Source: Octopus vulgaris
Lineage: Eukaryota
Reading direction: 5' to 3'
NCBI GenBank assembly: GCA_951406725.2
Contig: OX597819.1
Span: 12,648,001 to 12,712,000 of the forward strand
Length of the DNA: 64,000 nt
Made by a program: the position numbers and the translations under genes
The notes under the pieces: generated by a model
What the model was told of the DNA's origin: nothing
Databases searched by the model: none
What the model saw: the letters and a program-made list of their open reading frames with translations, nothing else
Shown: one piece after another, positions 1 through 12,756 of the stretch
Layout of the letters: the number at the start of each line of letters is the position of its first letter
Numbering within the stretch: position 1 is the first letter of the stretch

Positions 1-394
1 TGCAGGAGAGGGAGGTGTGGTGGGGGGGAACAGCAGGATAGTAATGAAGATACGGTTACAAGGAGACGGAGAGGATAAGAGAGATGACGTGGTTGGGTAG
101 ACTGCAGGAGGGGGGGGGGAGAGAGAGAAAGAGAGATGGGGGGGGGTGTTGTGCATGATGGAGATAATTTGACTCCCTGTGTGTGACACAATGTAATGTG
201 ATAGTGGAGAGAACAATATTAGTGAATGAAGAATGGCTAACAAGTGGAATGGTACCAATAGCAGGAAAAATAAAGTGGTATCTAGGGAGAGCTGTGGGGA
301 TAGAGATGATGGATGGAGGGGGGTGATGATATGTGGAGGGGGAAGAGGTAAGGTGCAGTATCCGTTTGGGCATATATATATATCCGTTCATGTC

Positions 395-668
395 CATTGC
401 CAGCCTGGCCTGGCCCCCGTGCCGGTGGCATGTAAAAGCACCATCCGTTCATGGCCGTTTGCCAGCTCCGTCTGGCACCTGTGCGGGTGGCATGTAAAAA
501 GCACCCACTACACTCGCGGAGTGGTTGGCGTTAGGAAGGGCATCCAGCCGTAGAAACACTGCTAGATCAGACTGGGCCTGATGCAGCCTTCTGGCTTCAC
601 AGACCCCAGTTGAACCGTCCAACCCATGCTAGCATGGAAAGCAGACGCTAAATGATGATGATGATGAT
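395..668 (+). mobile_element. RTE-LINE 3' end fragment with (GAT)n tail. Other approximate copies: 19035-19207(-), 26845-27010(+), 35821-36275(-), 37252-37447(+), 44215-44497(+), 47107-47400(-), 58630-58865(+), 59060-59370(-), 59475-59982(+), 60733-61030(-)
   Basis: Same sequence as the 3' UTR of the ORF-bearing copy at 6515-7494 (ggttggcgttaggaagggcatccagctgtag ... ccaacccatgctagcatgg ... gatgatgat). Confidence 0.8.
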
Positions 669-1776
669 ATATATACACACACACACACACACAAAGTATT
701 TCCAGAGCTCAGTTTTGCTTAAGTGAGTGGGTCTTCTCAAGAACCTCATATCACTAAACTTCCTGGTCCTTTGTTATCTTTTCTATGAGGCTCAACATCA
801 TGAGGTCATTGTTCACCACTTCATCCTACGTCCTGGGTCTGTCCTTATGCCCTGAACAAAAAAAAAAGGGATGTCCAGTGACCATGATAATATATATCAC
901 ACCTTTATTGATAGCAACAGTAACAACACCACTATCACCATCATCATCATCATTTCATTGTCCACTTTTTGATGCTTGCATGGGTTGGATGGATCTTGCA
1001 TGGCTTGATGCCCTTCCTCTCACCAGCCACCACCTGTTTCTAAATAAGGAAAACATTTCTTTATGGCCAGACATGTTTTCACTGGAAATTAGAAATGGAC
1101 ATGATTTGTGTGTTATTTACAACTATCATATAAAGTAAAGACAAGGAAATACCTATTTCTTTACTACCCATAAGGGGCTAAACACAGAGGGGACAAACAA
1201 GGACAGACAGACAGATCAAGTCGATTACATCGACCCCAGTGGGTAACTGGTACTTAATTTATTGACCCCGAAAGGATGAAAGGCAAAGTCGACCTCGGCG
1301 GAATTTGAACTCATAACGTAACGGCAAACGAAATACAGCTACGCATTTCACCCGGCATGCTAACGACTCTGCCAACACGCACGCACGTGATGGGCTTCTT
1401 CAGTTTCTGTCTACCAAATCATTTTACCAGGCTTTGTTAGCTGGGGCTATAGTAGAAAACACTTGCTCAAGGTCACATGCAATGAGACTGAACCCATAGC
1501 CTTGTGGTTGTGAAGCCAACTCGTCAACCATACAGCCACATCTGTACCAATAACAATGATATTAATGAATTTGGAGAGAGAATATTAATCGATGAGATCA
1601 ATCCTAGAACTTGACTGATGTTTTGTTTTATTAGTCCCAGGAGGATGTAAGAAAAATATAACCTCAGTAGAATTTGAACTTAGTGATCTGGAATCAATAT
1701 TGCAACCCACTGATAACCCTGTTGATTCATTGAATAATAATAATAAAAATAATAATAATAGTATAATAATAATAAT

Positions 1777-2135
1777 TGGGGAGCATCATGGCCATATGTT
1801 GAAAGGGATTCTTTGGGGTTTGAATAATTCACCTGTGGAAATATGGGTGTTTTGTTCAACATCCTTAAGCAACCCTTATTCAGGGACCTTTTTGAGCAGG
1901 ATGGGTTACTTGACCAGAAGAAAATTCTAACTGGGCTCCACCTGCTAGGTCATGTGCTGTTTATCTTGATATGAGATCACCATGTTGCGCACCTATGGTT
2001 GTGATGCATGTGCCTGGTGTACCCTTATCAGACGGGTAGTCATGATGGGTATACTGGGCTTCGTATATTTTACCCCTGTGTCACTTTGATGGCATGCACT
2101 GCTCTCTCACTCAATAATAATAATAATAATAATGA
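1777..2135 (+). mobile_element. Non-coding retroposon end with (AAT)n tail; longer copies at about 8230-8770(-) and 10666-11205(-), fragments 12505-12625(+) and 16002-16112(-)
   Basis: Repeated ~350-540 bp sequence ending gcatgcactgctctctcactc(aat)n; the long copies are embedded in TAA/ATT microsatellite. Confidence 0.7.
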
Positions 2136-2762
2136 CAATGATGATGATGATAGATTGTAGTGGTTGTGAATCAACAGAATAATGGAAACAAGCTTGAGAA
2201 ATATGAAAAGAAACTAAGATATCAAAGTATTTAATCACAAGAGCAGTTTCTGATGCTAATACTGGAGAATTGTAATGGGTGAATGGAAGAATTCTTAAGA
2301 TATGTGACCTGTTGGCATTCTTGTCCTGGCCTTTATGATTTAAAATTCTTGATGTAAAAGAACCAAAGTCTTGTCATCTACAATGAAAGCCTTTGAACAA
2401 AATTGGAATGTCTGACTTAGATATGGAATTACCATCTCATCTCCAGTCAAGAATCAATTGAAGTCAATAAGGCTACTGGCAAGATAGAATCTGTCAATAT
2501 GGATTTTTAATATGTTTTTTTTTCAGTATTTCTTTGTCCTGAAGAAATGAGGGCACTGAATATTGATGGATGAGAGGGAATTAACAGACAAATTATGATA
2601 TTTCTTTATATAAGAGAAGACTATTTATCTTGTTACTCTGGCATTTAGGAATGTTTGCTCTCATTAGACGCTGAGTGGAGCAGAATACTTTTATAAATAT
2701 GAATAGGGGTAAAAAGTACTAGTGTGTAAAGTGGTAAAATTTTGAAGTCTCTTGGATAAGAC

Positions 2763-3087
2763 TAGAGGTTCTGAAACTTTTTCGGTCACCAGCCCCCTCA
2801 TAGCCACGTGATACATTCAGCCCACCTACCTCTATTTGATATTTAATATAATATTATATAACTTGTATACAATACTCTTTTACTTGTTTCAGTCATTTGA
2901 CTGCAGCCATGCTGGAGCACCGCCTTTAGTTGAGCAATTCGTCCCCAGGACTTATTCTTTGGAAGCCTGTTACTTATTCTATCAGTCTCTTTTGCTGAAC
3001 CGCTAAGTTACAGGGGCGTATACACACCACCATCGGTTGTCAAGTGATGTTAGTGGGGACAAACACACAAACATATGCACACACACA

Positions 3088-3127
<40 letters not shown>

Positions 3128-3444
3128 TATATACAACGGCCTTCTTTCAGTTTCTGTCTACCAAATCCACTCACAAGGCTTTGGTCGGCCCGAGGCTATA
3201 GTAGAAGACACTTGCCCAAGATGCCATGCAGTGGGACTGAACCTGGAGCCATGTGGTTGGCAAGCAAGCTACTTACTACACAGCCACTCCTGCACCTATA
3301 ATAATATTATAATAAATTCATAGCGTCCCTCAATCCACTGTCTTCCTCCCAATGCCTCCTTTCCCTCTACTACCCCCTTAGACACCAGTGCCCACCAGGT
3401 CCCTCTTGATGCTCAGCAGGGTGCACCCACTTTGAGAACCTAGG
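2763..3444. mobile_element. Non-autonomous hAT-like element with nested SINE
   Basis: Imperfect TIRs (tagaggttctgaaa / tttgagaacctagg) and 8-bp TSD gataagac/gattagac. Confidence 0.65.
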
Positions 3445-3634
3445 GATTAGACTGACAGATTCCCATGAGTGTGACATAAGTATCACTGTGTGGTTGAGAA
3501 GTTTGGTTCCCAACCCTATGGTCTCAGGTTCAGTCCTACAGCATGGAACCTTGGACTAAAGGGTCTTCTATTATAGCCCAAGGCCGACCAAAGCTTGTGA
3601 GTGGATTTTGTTGACAGAAACTGAAAGAAACCTG

Positions 3635-3669
<35 letters not shown>

Positions 3670-4343
3670 TCTCCGTATCTTGACATTGTGAAATGTTGTG
3701 AATGAGTGTCATTCATTTTTTCTATATTATGTGAAAACAAAAAGCAGTGAACTGATAGAATCTTTAGCTTGCTAGACAAAATGCTTAGCAGCACTTCAGC
3801 TGTCTTTACGTTCTGAGTTCAAATTCCGTCAAGGTTGACTTTACCTTTTATTCTTTCTGGGTCAATAAAATAAATACCAGTTGAACATGGGGGGTTAATG
3901 TAATTAACTTACCCCCTCCCCCACTAAATTTCTGGCCTTGTGCCAAAATTTGAAACCAATATTTTATGAAAACCTGTTTGTCCATGATAAATTATTATTT
4001 ATTTTGAAACAGATGAGGGCTTGTGACAGGAAGGGCATCTAGTCATAGAAAATCTGCCTCAGTAAACTCTTTACAAACATGTAAAAGTGGGCATTAAAAT
4101 GATGACACACAAGTATGGTATAGATTAAATGGCAGTGCTCCAGCATGGCCACAGTCAAAATAACTGAAGCAAGTGAATGAGAAACAATAATTAATAAAAT
4201 AACATTTAATAAGCTAGTGTTTGGAACATAAATTAACATGGAACTAAGATATCAAAGTATTTAATCACAAGAGCGGTTTCTGATGCTAATACTGGAGAAT
4301 AGTAATGGGTGAATGAAAGAATTCTTAAGATATGTGACCTGTT

Positions 4344-4503
4344 GGCAGGAGTGGCTGTGTGGTAAGTAGCTTGCTAACCAACCACATGGTTCCGGGTTCA
4401 GTCCCACTGCGTGGCATCTTGGGCAAGTGTCTTCTGCTATAGCCTCAGGCCGACCAAAGCCTTGTGAGTGGATTTGGTAGATGGAAACTGAAAGAAGCCT
4501 GTC

Positions 4504-4547
<44 letters not shown>

Positions 4548-4760
4548 ATATGTTTGTCTGTGTTTGTCTCTCTAGCATTGCTTGACAACCGATGCTGGTG
4601 TCTTTACGTTCCCGTCACTTAGCGGTTTGGCAAAAAGAGACCGATAGAATAAGTACTGGGCTTACAAAGAATAAGTCCCGGGGTCGATTTGCTCGACTAA
4701 AGGCGGTGCTCCAGTATGGCCGCAGTCAAATGACTGAAACAAGTAAAAGAGTAAAGAGTA
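4344..4760 (+). mobile_element. tRNA-headed SINE family B (~410 bp, CORE-like ttgggcaagtg motif, internal (TA)n(TG)n, tail aagtaaaagagtaaaagagta). Other copies: 2875-3297(-), 14573-14970(-), 17611-18010(+), 22250-22637(+), 27665-28085(-), 35428-35800(+), 45905-46276(-), plus many fragments
   Basis: A-box-like tggctgtgtgg and B-box-like ggttcagtccc; many near-identical dispersed copies in both orientations. Confidence 0.85.
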
Positions 4761-5533
4761 TGAAATTTTAAATGGATGGTTTTAATTCAGATCACATCCT
4801 AGAACCAGGGTGTAATCTCAGCCAGGTTGGTAACAAAAGAGTTAAAACAATTTTTTCCTATTGCTGCTATCTTCAAACAGTTTTCTCCTCCAACCATATC
4901 TGCTTCCCTTACACTTTTACCTCTGCTAAGATATTACTCTGTTTGCGCTGCCTGTGATTAATGACACCAATAACAGTTGATAGATACCGGATAAGGTTAC
5001 CTGCTCTTCTTAGGTTTAGCTATTAAATTTAGCTTAGTCTTTGTGAACCTGTCTGTTGTTAGTTCTGTTATGTTAAGAATAATATCCAACAGTCTTCTAG
5101 TGTTTCCTGTGCACTTTTAAATTACTTCAGTTCGAAGTTTAATATTTTATCTTCCTACAAACAACAAACACTCCAGTCAGCTCATACCTTCCAGGTACAA
5201 CTAGATTTTTGTGTTGGTAGGATTTGTGTTTATCAATATTCAGCTTTACTTCTTACTATATTTCTCTTTTTTTGTGGTATTGATTTTACATTGCTTTCTT
5301 TAGCTCACTCTTGATATTATTTTTATCATCTCATATTTTATCCTAAAAATCTTAAATGGTTTGTCTATCAGTTGTGATTATTGACTATTGGATAGATCTT
5401 CAAAATATTATTTTACGTTACAAGTATTACAGCTTGTTGTGCTGAGATATATTGGCATTTTCTATTTTTCTCTGTTGGAATCTCTTACTGAAGACTTTTG
5501 CTTAGAGCTGTTACATATTTGTTTTATCTAGAA

Positions 5534-5889
5534 CTAGCAGTATCGCCCGGCGTTGCTTGGGTTTGTAAGGGAAATAACTATATAAGCATTTTTAGAGAGT
5601 TATAGCCAAAAAATTGCCAAAAAATGGAAAAAAAATTATGGTAAATTTTTTTTAAATCATGACTCATCGTAGACATTTTTAGAGAGTTACTTCCTTTATA
5701 TAATAGCGAAAAAAATGCATTAAAATGGAAAAAAATGATGGTAAAATTTTTTTAAATCGTAGAAGGGCTCGATATGAATCATGACTATAAGATACCCGGT
5801 TTTGGTTAAACTGCACCGCAAAATGTGGGAGTAGTTAGGAATCTAAATCGTAGGAGACAGACACACAACTTCACTTTTATATATAAAGA
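5534..5889 (-). mobile_element. Non-autonomous Helitron
   Basis: Minus strand begins TC(TTTATATATAAAAG), ends CTAG with a GC-rich hairpin (ccc...ccggg) about 10 nt upstream; inserted between A and T with no TSD. Confidence 0.8.
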
Positions 5890-6272
5890 TTTCACCTTTG
5901 GTTTTCTTTTCACTTTCTGCTTCTCTTTCACAAAAAACAAGGAAGCGTTTTATTTCTCATTCTAAATATTTCCCCTCATTTTCTTCTCTTCGTCTTTAGA
6001 TCTATAGAACCTCTCCTGCTCTTGTGCTTTTCCAATAAATACCCAATTTTGCTCATAATAAATATGGTTGTTGCACAGAAAATTTCTGTTAGAATATTTC
6101 TTAGCTTTTAGATTTTTAAGCGCTACCAAAATGGCTTTGATGTGTTTTGATGCTCTTAGTCACAGACCTAAACTTTTCCTTTATTCCATATATAAATACT
6201 AAGATGTCAGTTTCTTATAATATTTCTTTCTTAGGATTTTGTTTAATTTCACTCCTATCCTTAGACTACAAC

Positions 6273-6437
6273 CATTAGCGTAGCTAGACTGTGTGCCGCC
6301 CAGGGCAGACCTTCCCTTTGCTGCCTCGGGACCCCACAAAAAACACACATTGCCTACAGCAGACCCAAAAGTGTCACCCCATTAAAAGTGCCACCTGGGG
6401 CAGACCACCCCTACCGCTTTGTCTAGCTACGCTAGTG
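6273..6437. mobile_element. hAT-like MITE
   Basis: 17-bp TIRs cattagcgtagctagac / gtctagctacgctagtg; 8-bp TSD actacaac/aatacaac. Confidence 0.75.
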
Positions 6438-6514
6438 AATACAACTACAACATAATATTGTTGTTACTGTTTTTCGAGGTGGTGAGCTGGGCAGAATTAT
6501 GAGCAGCATTATGA

Positions 6515-7494
6515 GCATGCGTAAGCTCGTGAGGAACGAAGCCAGTATGCTCCGATGGATGTGTAATGTCAGTGTACTTACTCGACAGAGCGTTAGTACC
6601 TTGAGAGAAATGTTGTACCTAAGAAGCATCAGTTGTTGTGTGCAAGAGAGACGATTGCGCTGGTATGGTCATGTGGCGAGAATGGATGAAGATAGGTGTG
6701 TGAGAAAGTGCCAATCCCTAGCAGTTGAGGGAACCCGTGGAAGAGGTAGACCCAGGAAAACCTGGGACGAGTTGGTGAAGCACGACCTTCGGACGTTAGG
6801 TCTCACCATGGAAATGACTAGAGACCGAGACCTATGGAAGTATGCTGTGCGTGAGAAGACCCGGCAAGACTAGTGAAGCCATAATCCGTGGCCCCTACCT
6901 GGGACGTAGTCAGTCCACCTGTGCATACCTTCCTTCTTGTGACACTTGTGAAGACCTGTTGAGGCAAGTGAGAATCGAATTGTATCGAATCAAATCGAAC
7001 CAAATCAAAATAGATGAACATCAATGGAATTTGTATCCTTGTGGTACCAGTGCCGGTGGCACATAAGAAAACCATCCGAACGTGACCGTAGCCAGTACCG
7101 CAATGACTGGCCTCCGTGCTGAGGGCACGTAACAAACACCATCCGAGCGTGGCCGTCCGCCAGCCTCGTCTGGCACCTGTGTCGGTGACACATAAGAAAA
7201 CACCATCCGAGCGTGGCCGTCTGCCAGCCTCGTCTGGCACCTGTGTCGGTGGCACATAAAAAACACCATCCGAGCGTGGCCGTCTGCCAGCCTCGTCTGG
7301 CACCTGTGTCGGTGGCACATAAAATCACCCACTACACTCTCGGAGTGGTTGGCGTTAGGAAGGGCATCCAGCTGTAGATACACTGCCACATCTGACTGGC
7401 CTGGTGCAGCCTTCGGGCTTCCCAGACCCCAGTTGAACCGTCCAACCCATGCTAGCATGGATAGCGGACGTTAAACGATGATGATGATGATGAT
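6515..7494 (+). mobile_element. 5'-truncated RTE-clade LINE (ORF C-terminus plus 3' UTR with ~60-bp tandem repeats and (GAT)n tail), nested in a family-A SINE
   Basis: ORF 6499-6873 has RTE motifs EASMLRW, RRLRWYGHVARM, GRGRPRKTW; SINE head at 6478 resumes after 7495. Confidence 0.88.
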
Positions 7495-8786
7495 TTCTTG
7501 TGGCTCTTGATATTCTGAGATCAAATTCTGCTGAGGTTGATTTACCTTTCATCCCTTCAGGGCCAATAAAATAAGTACCAGTTGAGCACTGGGAATTGAT
7601 ATAATCAACTTACCACTTCCCCTAAAACTGCTGGCCTTGTGTCAGAATTTGAAATGGGTATTATTAGGGTGGTTAAATGGTAGAATCATTAGAGTGTTGG
7701 ACAAAATGGTATTTCTTCCAGCTTTCTACATTCTGAGTTCAAATCCTGCCAAAATTAACTTTATCTTTCATCCCTCTGTGTCAATACAATAAAGTACCGA
7801 TCAAGTACTGGAGTTGATGGCTTTTGAACCTTCTCAAAATTGCTGGTCTTGTATCAAAATTTGAAAGTAAAGGTGTGTCAGCTGGCAGAATCATTAGCAT
7901 GTGTGACAAAATTCTTAGTGATATTTCTTCCAACTCTTTACATTCTGAGTTCAAATCCCATCAGGGTCAATAAAATAAGGTATCCATCAAGCACTGGGGT
8001 TGATGTAATCAATTTACCTCTTCACCCTCACTCTAAATTCTTGGCCTTGTGCTAAAATTAGAAAGGATTGTTATTATTACCATTATCAAATTCCACTGTG
8101 GCCTATTTTGCCTTTCATCATTTTGGGGTCGATAAAATAAGTACCAGTTGACTACTGGGGCCAATGTAATCGTCTATTCCTCCCTCCCTCAAAATTTCAG
8201 GCCTTGAATAGAAAGGATTATTATTATTGTTGAGTGGAAGAGCTGCACATGCCATCAAAGTGATGCTGGGGTACAAATATATGAAATCCAATATACCCAT
8301 CATGCCTAGCCATCAGATAAGGATACACCAGGTACATGCATCATGACCATATCAAGATAAACAGCTCATAACCTTGCAGGTGGGGCCCAGTCAGAATTTT
8401 TTTCAGGTTGACTCAACCATCCTGCTCAAAAGGTCCCTGAATAAGAGTTATTTAAGTATGATGAATGAAACACCCATGTTTCCAGGGGTGAATTATTCAA
8501 ACCCCAAAGAATCCCTTTCAACACATGGCTATGATGCTCCCCCATTACTCCTGCTTGTGATTAGAGATGCACATATTGTAATTAGAGGTCCACTAAGGGA
8601 CATGCTCAACTGGTTAAGGACAAGCAATTGACAAGCAAATCTGTGGTATTGAGCAGAATATTTACTGTAGCACATCTTTTACACCAAGACAAAACAATGT
8701 ACATGATAACACTTCCATCAGTTAAGATCAGAAACCATGAGAGCCACTGCCTGGTACTGCATCAGGGCATTCATTATTATTATTAT

Positions 8787-9086
8787 TGCCTTTGCACAGC
8801 TTCTAACGCTGGAGATGTACTACGGTGTCAGCTGTTCACTACTGGTGAACTAAGGTAACACCTCTTATTTTTCGAGCACCTTCCAGAGTATTTGAGCGGT
8901 TCCAAGCAGTGCTGTTTTCTGCAAGTGCTCCATCCTTATTGCAGCCCCTGTTTGTTCCATGTACTTCTCGAGAATTTTACTCACAGTTCTCAGGGCTCCG
9001 ACAATTATTGGTACCACAACCATCTTTTTCATCAACTACAACTGCTTAACCTCCCAAGCTAACCTGTCATACCTATCAACTTTTCT
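8787..9086 (-). mobile_element. R4/Dong-type (RLE-endonuclease) non-LTR retrotransposon 3' fragment
   Basis: Minus strand reads KVDRYDRLAWEVKQL*LMKKMVVVPIIVGALRTVSK...LQKTALLGTAQILWKVLEK*, then a short 3' UTR and (AAT)n. Confidence 0.8.
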
Positions 9087-9171
9087 GGGTATGACAGGTT
9101 AACTTGGGAGGTATCATCATCATCATCATCATCAAGATCATCATCATCATCATCATCATCAAGATCAAGAT

Positions 9172-10490
9172 CAAGGCAGTGAGTTGGCTGAATCATTAAC
9201 ACGCTGGACAAAATGCTTAGTGGTATTTCGCCCGTCGCTATGTTCTGAGTTCAAATTCCGCTGAGGTCAACTTTGCCTTTCATCCTTTTGAGGTCAGTAA
9301 ATTAAATACCAGTGAAACACTGGGGTCAATGTAATCGACTAGTCCCTTCCCACCAAATTTCAGGCCCTGTGCCTATAGTAGAAAGGATTATTATTATTAT
9401 TGAAGGCAGTGAGCTGGCAGAATTGGTAGCATGCCAGGCAAAATACTTAATGACATCTGAGTTCAAATTCTGCCGAGGTCGACTTTACCTTTCATCCTTT
9501 CGGGGTCGATGAAATAAGTACCAGTCACACACTGGGGTTGATGTAATTGACTTACCCCATCCCTTCAAATTTCAGGCCTTGTGCCTATAGCAGAAAGGAT
9601 TATTATTATTATTATTATCCTTATTATTATTGGGACAAACTAGCAGAATCATTAGTGTGTTAGATAAAATGCTTTAGTGGAGTCGCAATGGCCCAGTGGT
9701 TAGGGCAGCGGACTCAAGGTCGTAGGATCGCGGTTTCAATTCCCAGACCGGGCGTTGTGAGTGTTTGTTGAGCGAAAACACCTAAAAGCTCCACGAGGCT
9801 CCGGCAGGGATGGTGGTGATCCCTGCTGTACTCTTTCACCACAACTTTCTCTCACTCTTACTTCCTGTTTCTGTTGTACCTGTATTTCAAAGGGCCGGCC
9901 TTGTCACTTTCTGTGTCACGCTGAATATCCCCAAGAACTACGTTAAGGGTATACGTGTCTGTAGAGTGCTCAGCCACTTACACGTTAATTTCACGAGCAG
10001 GCTGTTCCGTTGATCGGATCAACCGGAACCCTCGTCGTCGTAACCGACGGAGTGCTTCCAGATAAAATGCTTAACAGTATTTTGCCTGTCGCTGCGTTCT
10101 GTGTTCAAATTCCGTCATGGTCAAATTTGCCTTTTGTCCTTTCTGGGTTGATAAATGAAGTACCAATGAAGCACTGGGGTCGCTGTAATCGACTTATCCC
10201 CTCCCCCCAAATTTCAGGCCCTGTGCCTAAAGTAGAAAGGATTATTATTATCATTATTATTATTAAGGCGGGGAGCTGGCAGAATTGTTAGCAAGCTGGA
10301 CAAAATGCTTAGCAGTATATCACCCGTTGCTATATTCTGAGTTCAAATTCTGCTGAGGTCAACTTCACTTTTATCCTTTTGGATTGATAAATTAAGTACC
10401 AGTGAAACACTGGGGTTGATGTAATTGTCTGGTCCCTCTCCCAAAATTTCAGGCCTTGCGCCTACAGTAGAAAGGATTATTATTATTATC
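9172..10490 (+). mobile_element. Head-to-tail array of tRNA-derived SINE family A (~220 bp; ggcggtgagctggcagaat...gttcaaattc...gcctttcatcctttcggggtcgataaa...agaaagg(att)n). Other arrays: 7495-8228, 23516-24212, 41112-42540, 51810-52230
   Basis: Repeated units with B-box gagttcaaattc and a Meta/Sauria-like central motif, separated by (ATT)n. Confidence 0.85.
9675..10059 (+). mobile_element. tRNA-derived SINE family C inserted into a family-A SINE. Relatives at 33038-33290(+), 50379-50672(+), 51415-51715(+), 54695-55030(+), 56725-57012(-)
   Basis: A box tggcccagtgg, B box ggtttcaattccc; 13-bp TSD agataaaatgctt at 9662-9674 and 10060-10072. Confidence 0.85.
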
Positions 10491-11224
10491 TTTTTTTTTC
10501 TTCTTTCAAATTTGCTTCCATTTCTTGCCGAGTGTCTTCCTGACTCCTAGGGCAGAGAAACTCATAGTATACATTGGTAGGCCATTAAACTAAACTCACT
10601 AGTTCGTTCATTTAAAAAAAAAATTAGATTAAGTTTTTTTAAGTTATTGTTATTATTATTATTATTGAGTGAGAGAGCAGTGCATGCCATCAAAGTGACA
10701 CTGGGGTAAAATATACGAAGCCCAGTATACCCATCATGACTACCCGTCTGATAAGGGTACACTAGGCACATGCATCACAACCATATGTGCGCGACATGGT
10801 GATCTCATATCAAGATAAACAGCACATGACCTTGCAGGTGGGGCCCAGTTAGAATTTTCTTCAGGTCGAGTAACCCATCCCACTTGAAAGGTCCCTGAAT
10901 AAGGGTTGTTTAAGGATGTTGAAAGAACCACCCATGTTTCCAGAGGTGAATTATTCAAACCCCAAAGAATCCCTCTCAACACATGGCTATGATGCTCCCC
11001 CACTACTTCTGCTTGTGGTCAGAGATGCACATATCGTCTGCCACTAAGGGACATGCTCAACTGGTTAAAGTCAAACAACTGACAAGCAAATCTGTGGTAT
11101 TGAGCAGAATATTTGCTATAGCCCATCTTTTATACCAAGACAAAACAATGTACATGATAACACTTCCAATCAGTTAAGATCAGAAGCCATGAGAGCCACT
11201 GCCTGATTATTATTATTATTATTA

Positions 11225-11267
<43 letters not shown>

Positions 11268-12330
11268 CTACCTTGAATTCCTCTCTGCCTCAAGTCTTTG
11301 GGTGTGATTCCTGTATAGTTGAAAATGCAGTATCTCTGCTATCAGTGCACAGATTAAGCAGTAAATCTAGAAAACAAACATGGAAATAGGTTATTTATTC
11401 AGAATGCAAAAAATATGGGAATGGCTGAAGTTGTTCAAATAATTAACTAAAAGCAACATGAAGGTGAGGGGGGTGGAGGGGGTGGTGGTTAATTAAATAG
11501 ACTCGTGCCAGAATGAGAAATATAAAAGCAAAAAAGACAGCAATGAAATATAGAATAATACTAAAACTAGTCTTAAAACCCAGCTGATTTGGCCTTATTC
11601 TCAATTTACAGATGTTATTGATGGAATATATTTTAAGCCAGCATCATTCCTATAGAAATAACCATAATAGATTTGCTTGATGCCAAAATTATTTTGGTAT
11701 TGTTCAGTATTGGCTCACATAATTTCCTGGTTTTATTTTATTTAACTTGGTGAGTTTTTAATAGTTCTGGTGGTTTTGTTCTTCACAAAGACTCAGTTTT
11801 GCTTCTGTTCTACTGCATCAGTGCCTCTCTAAATTAAACAATGCTCATCATGATGATAGTGCTGCTGCTGCCGCTGTGGCTGCTGCTGCCGCTGTGGCTG
11901 CTGCTGCCGCTGTGGCTGCTGCTGATGACACATTTTTTTTTTTTTTTTTAGTATTTTCATTTAACGGCTGAAAGCTTTAATGATTTCTGAGTTTTACATT
12001 CAAGATTTGGTTGATGGATTGTAATTGATTTCCTGTAGGTGCAGTTGTTGCTGTGTGACTAAGGAACTTGCTTCCTTATTACATTAGTTTCAGGTTCAAT
12101 CCCACTGCTTGGTACCTTGGGCAAGTTTCTTCTACAGCCATGGACTGACCAAAGCTCTGTGAATGGATTTGGGAGACGGAAATGGAAAAAGCTCATATGT
12201 GACATATATATATATATATGTACACACACACACTCACACATATGTATATGTATATATATATATATATGTATATATATATGTATATGTACATATATATATG
12301 TACACACACACACACACATATATATATATA

Positions 12331-12441
12331 CAGGGTGTCCCAAAATAATTGTAAATTTGTTATTCTTTGTAAGCCTGGTACTTATTCTATCGTTCTCTTT
12401 TGCCGAACCACTATGTGTATACATTTTTTTGGGACACCCTG
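12331..12441. mobile_element. Tc1/mariner-type MITE carrying an internal SINE fragment
   Basis: TIRs cagggtgtcccaaaa / ttttgggacaccctg flanked by TA in a (TA)n tract. Confidence 0.8.
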
Positions 12442-12490
<49 letters not shown>

Positions 12491-12756
12491 ATATATATAT
12501 ATATGATTGTGATGCATGTGCCTGGTGGACCCTTATCAGATGGGTAGTCATGATGAGTATATTGGGCTTCCTATATTTTACCCCAGTGTCACTTTGACGG
12601 CATGCACTGCTCTCTCACTCAATAATGATAATATATTTATTATGATGATCTTTTTCTTATTCTTTTACTCCTTTACTTGTTTCAGTCATCAGACTGTGAC
12701 CATGCTGGGGCACCGCCATATTTAATTTTTCCTAATTTAATGTCTGTCTCTTACAG

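Noticed and set aside
4950-6250. Possible decayed reverse-transcriptase remnant on the minus strand
   Set aside because: Strand-skewed composition is suggestive, but no recognisable motif could be read reliably.
6499-6873. Independent protein-coding gene
   Set aside because: C-terminal fragment of an RTE LINE ORF.
9679-9750. tRNA genes at SINE heads (also 50379, 33038, 63580-63650)
   Set aside because: No complete cloverleaf or acceptor stem, and they continue into SINE bodies.
11860-11925. Poly-Ala-like GCT repeat as possible PI4KA first exon
   Set aside because: No splice donor and no PI4KA N-terminal motif; it is a short tandem expansion of a GCT-rich unit.
12059-12597. Multiple long ORFs rich in Y/I/H/T/C/V
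   Set aside because: Translations of (TA)n/(CA)n microsatellites. Most other ORF-track entries are likewise repeat-derived.
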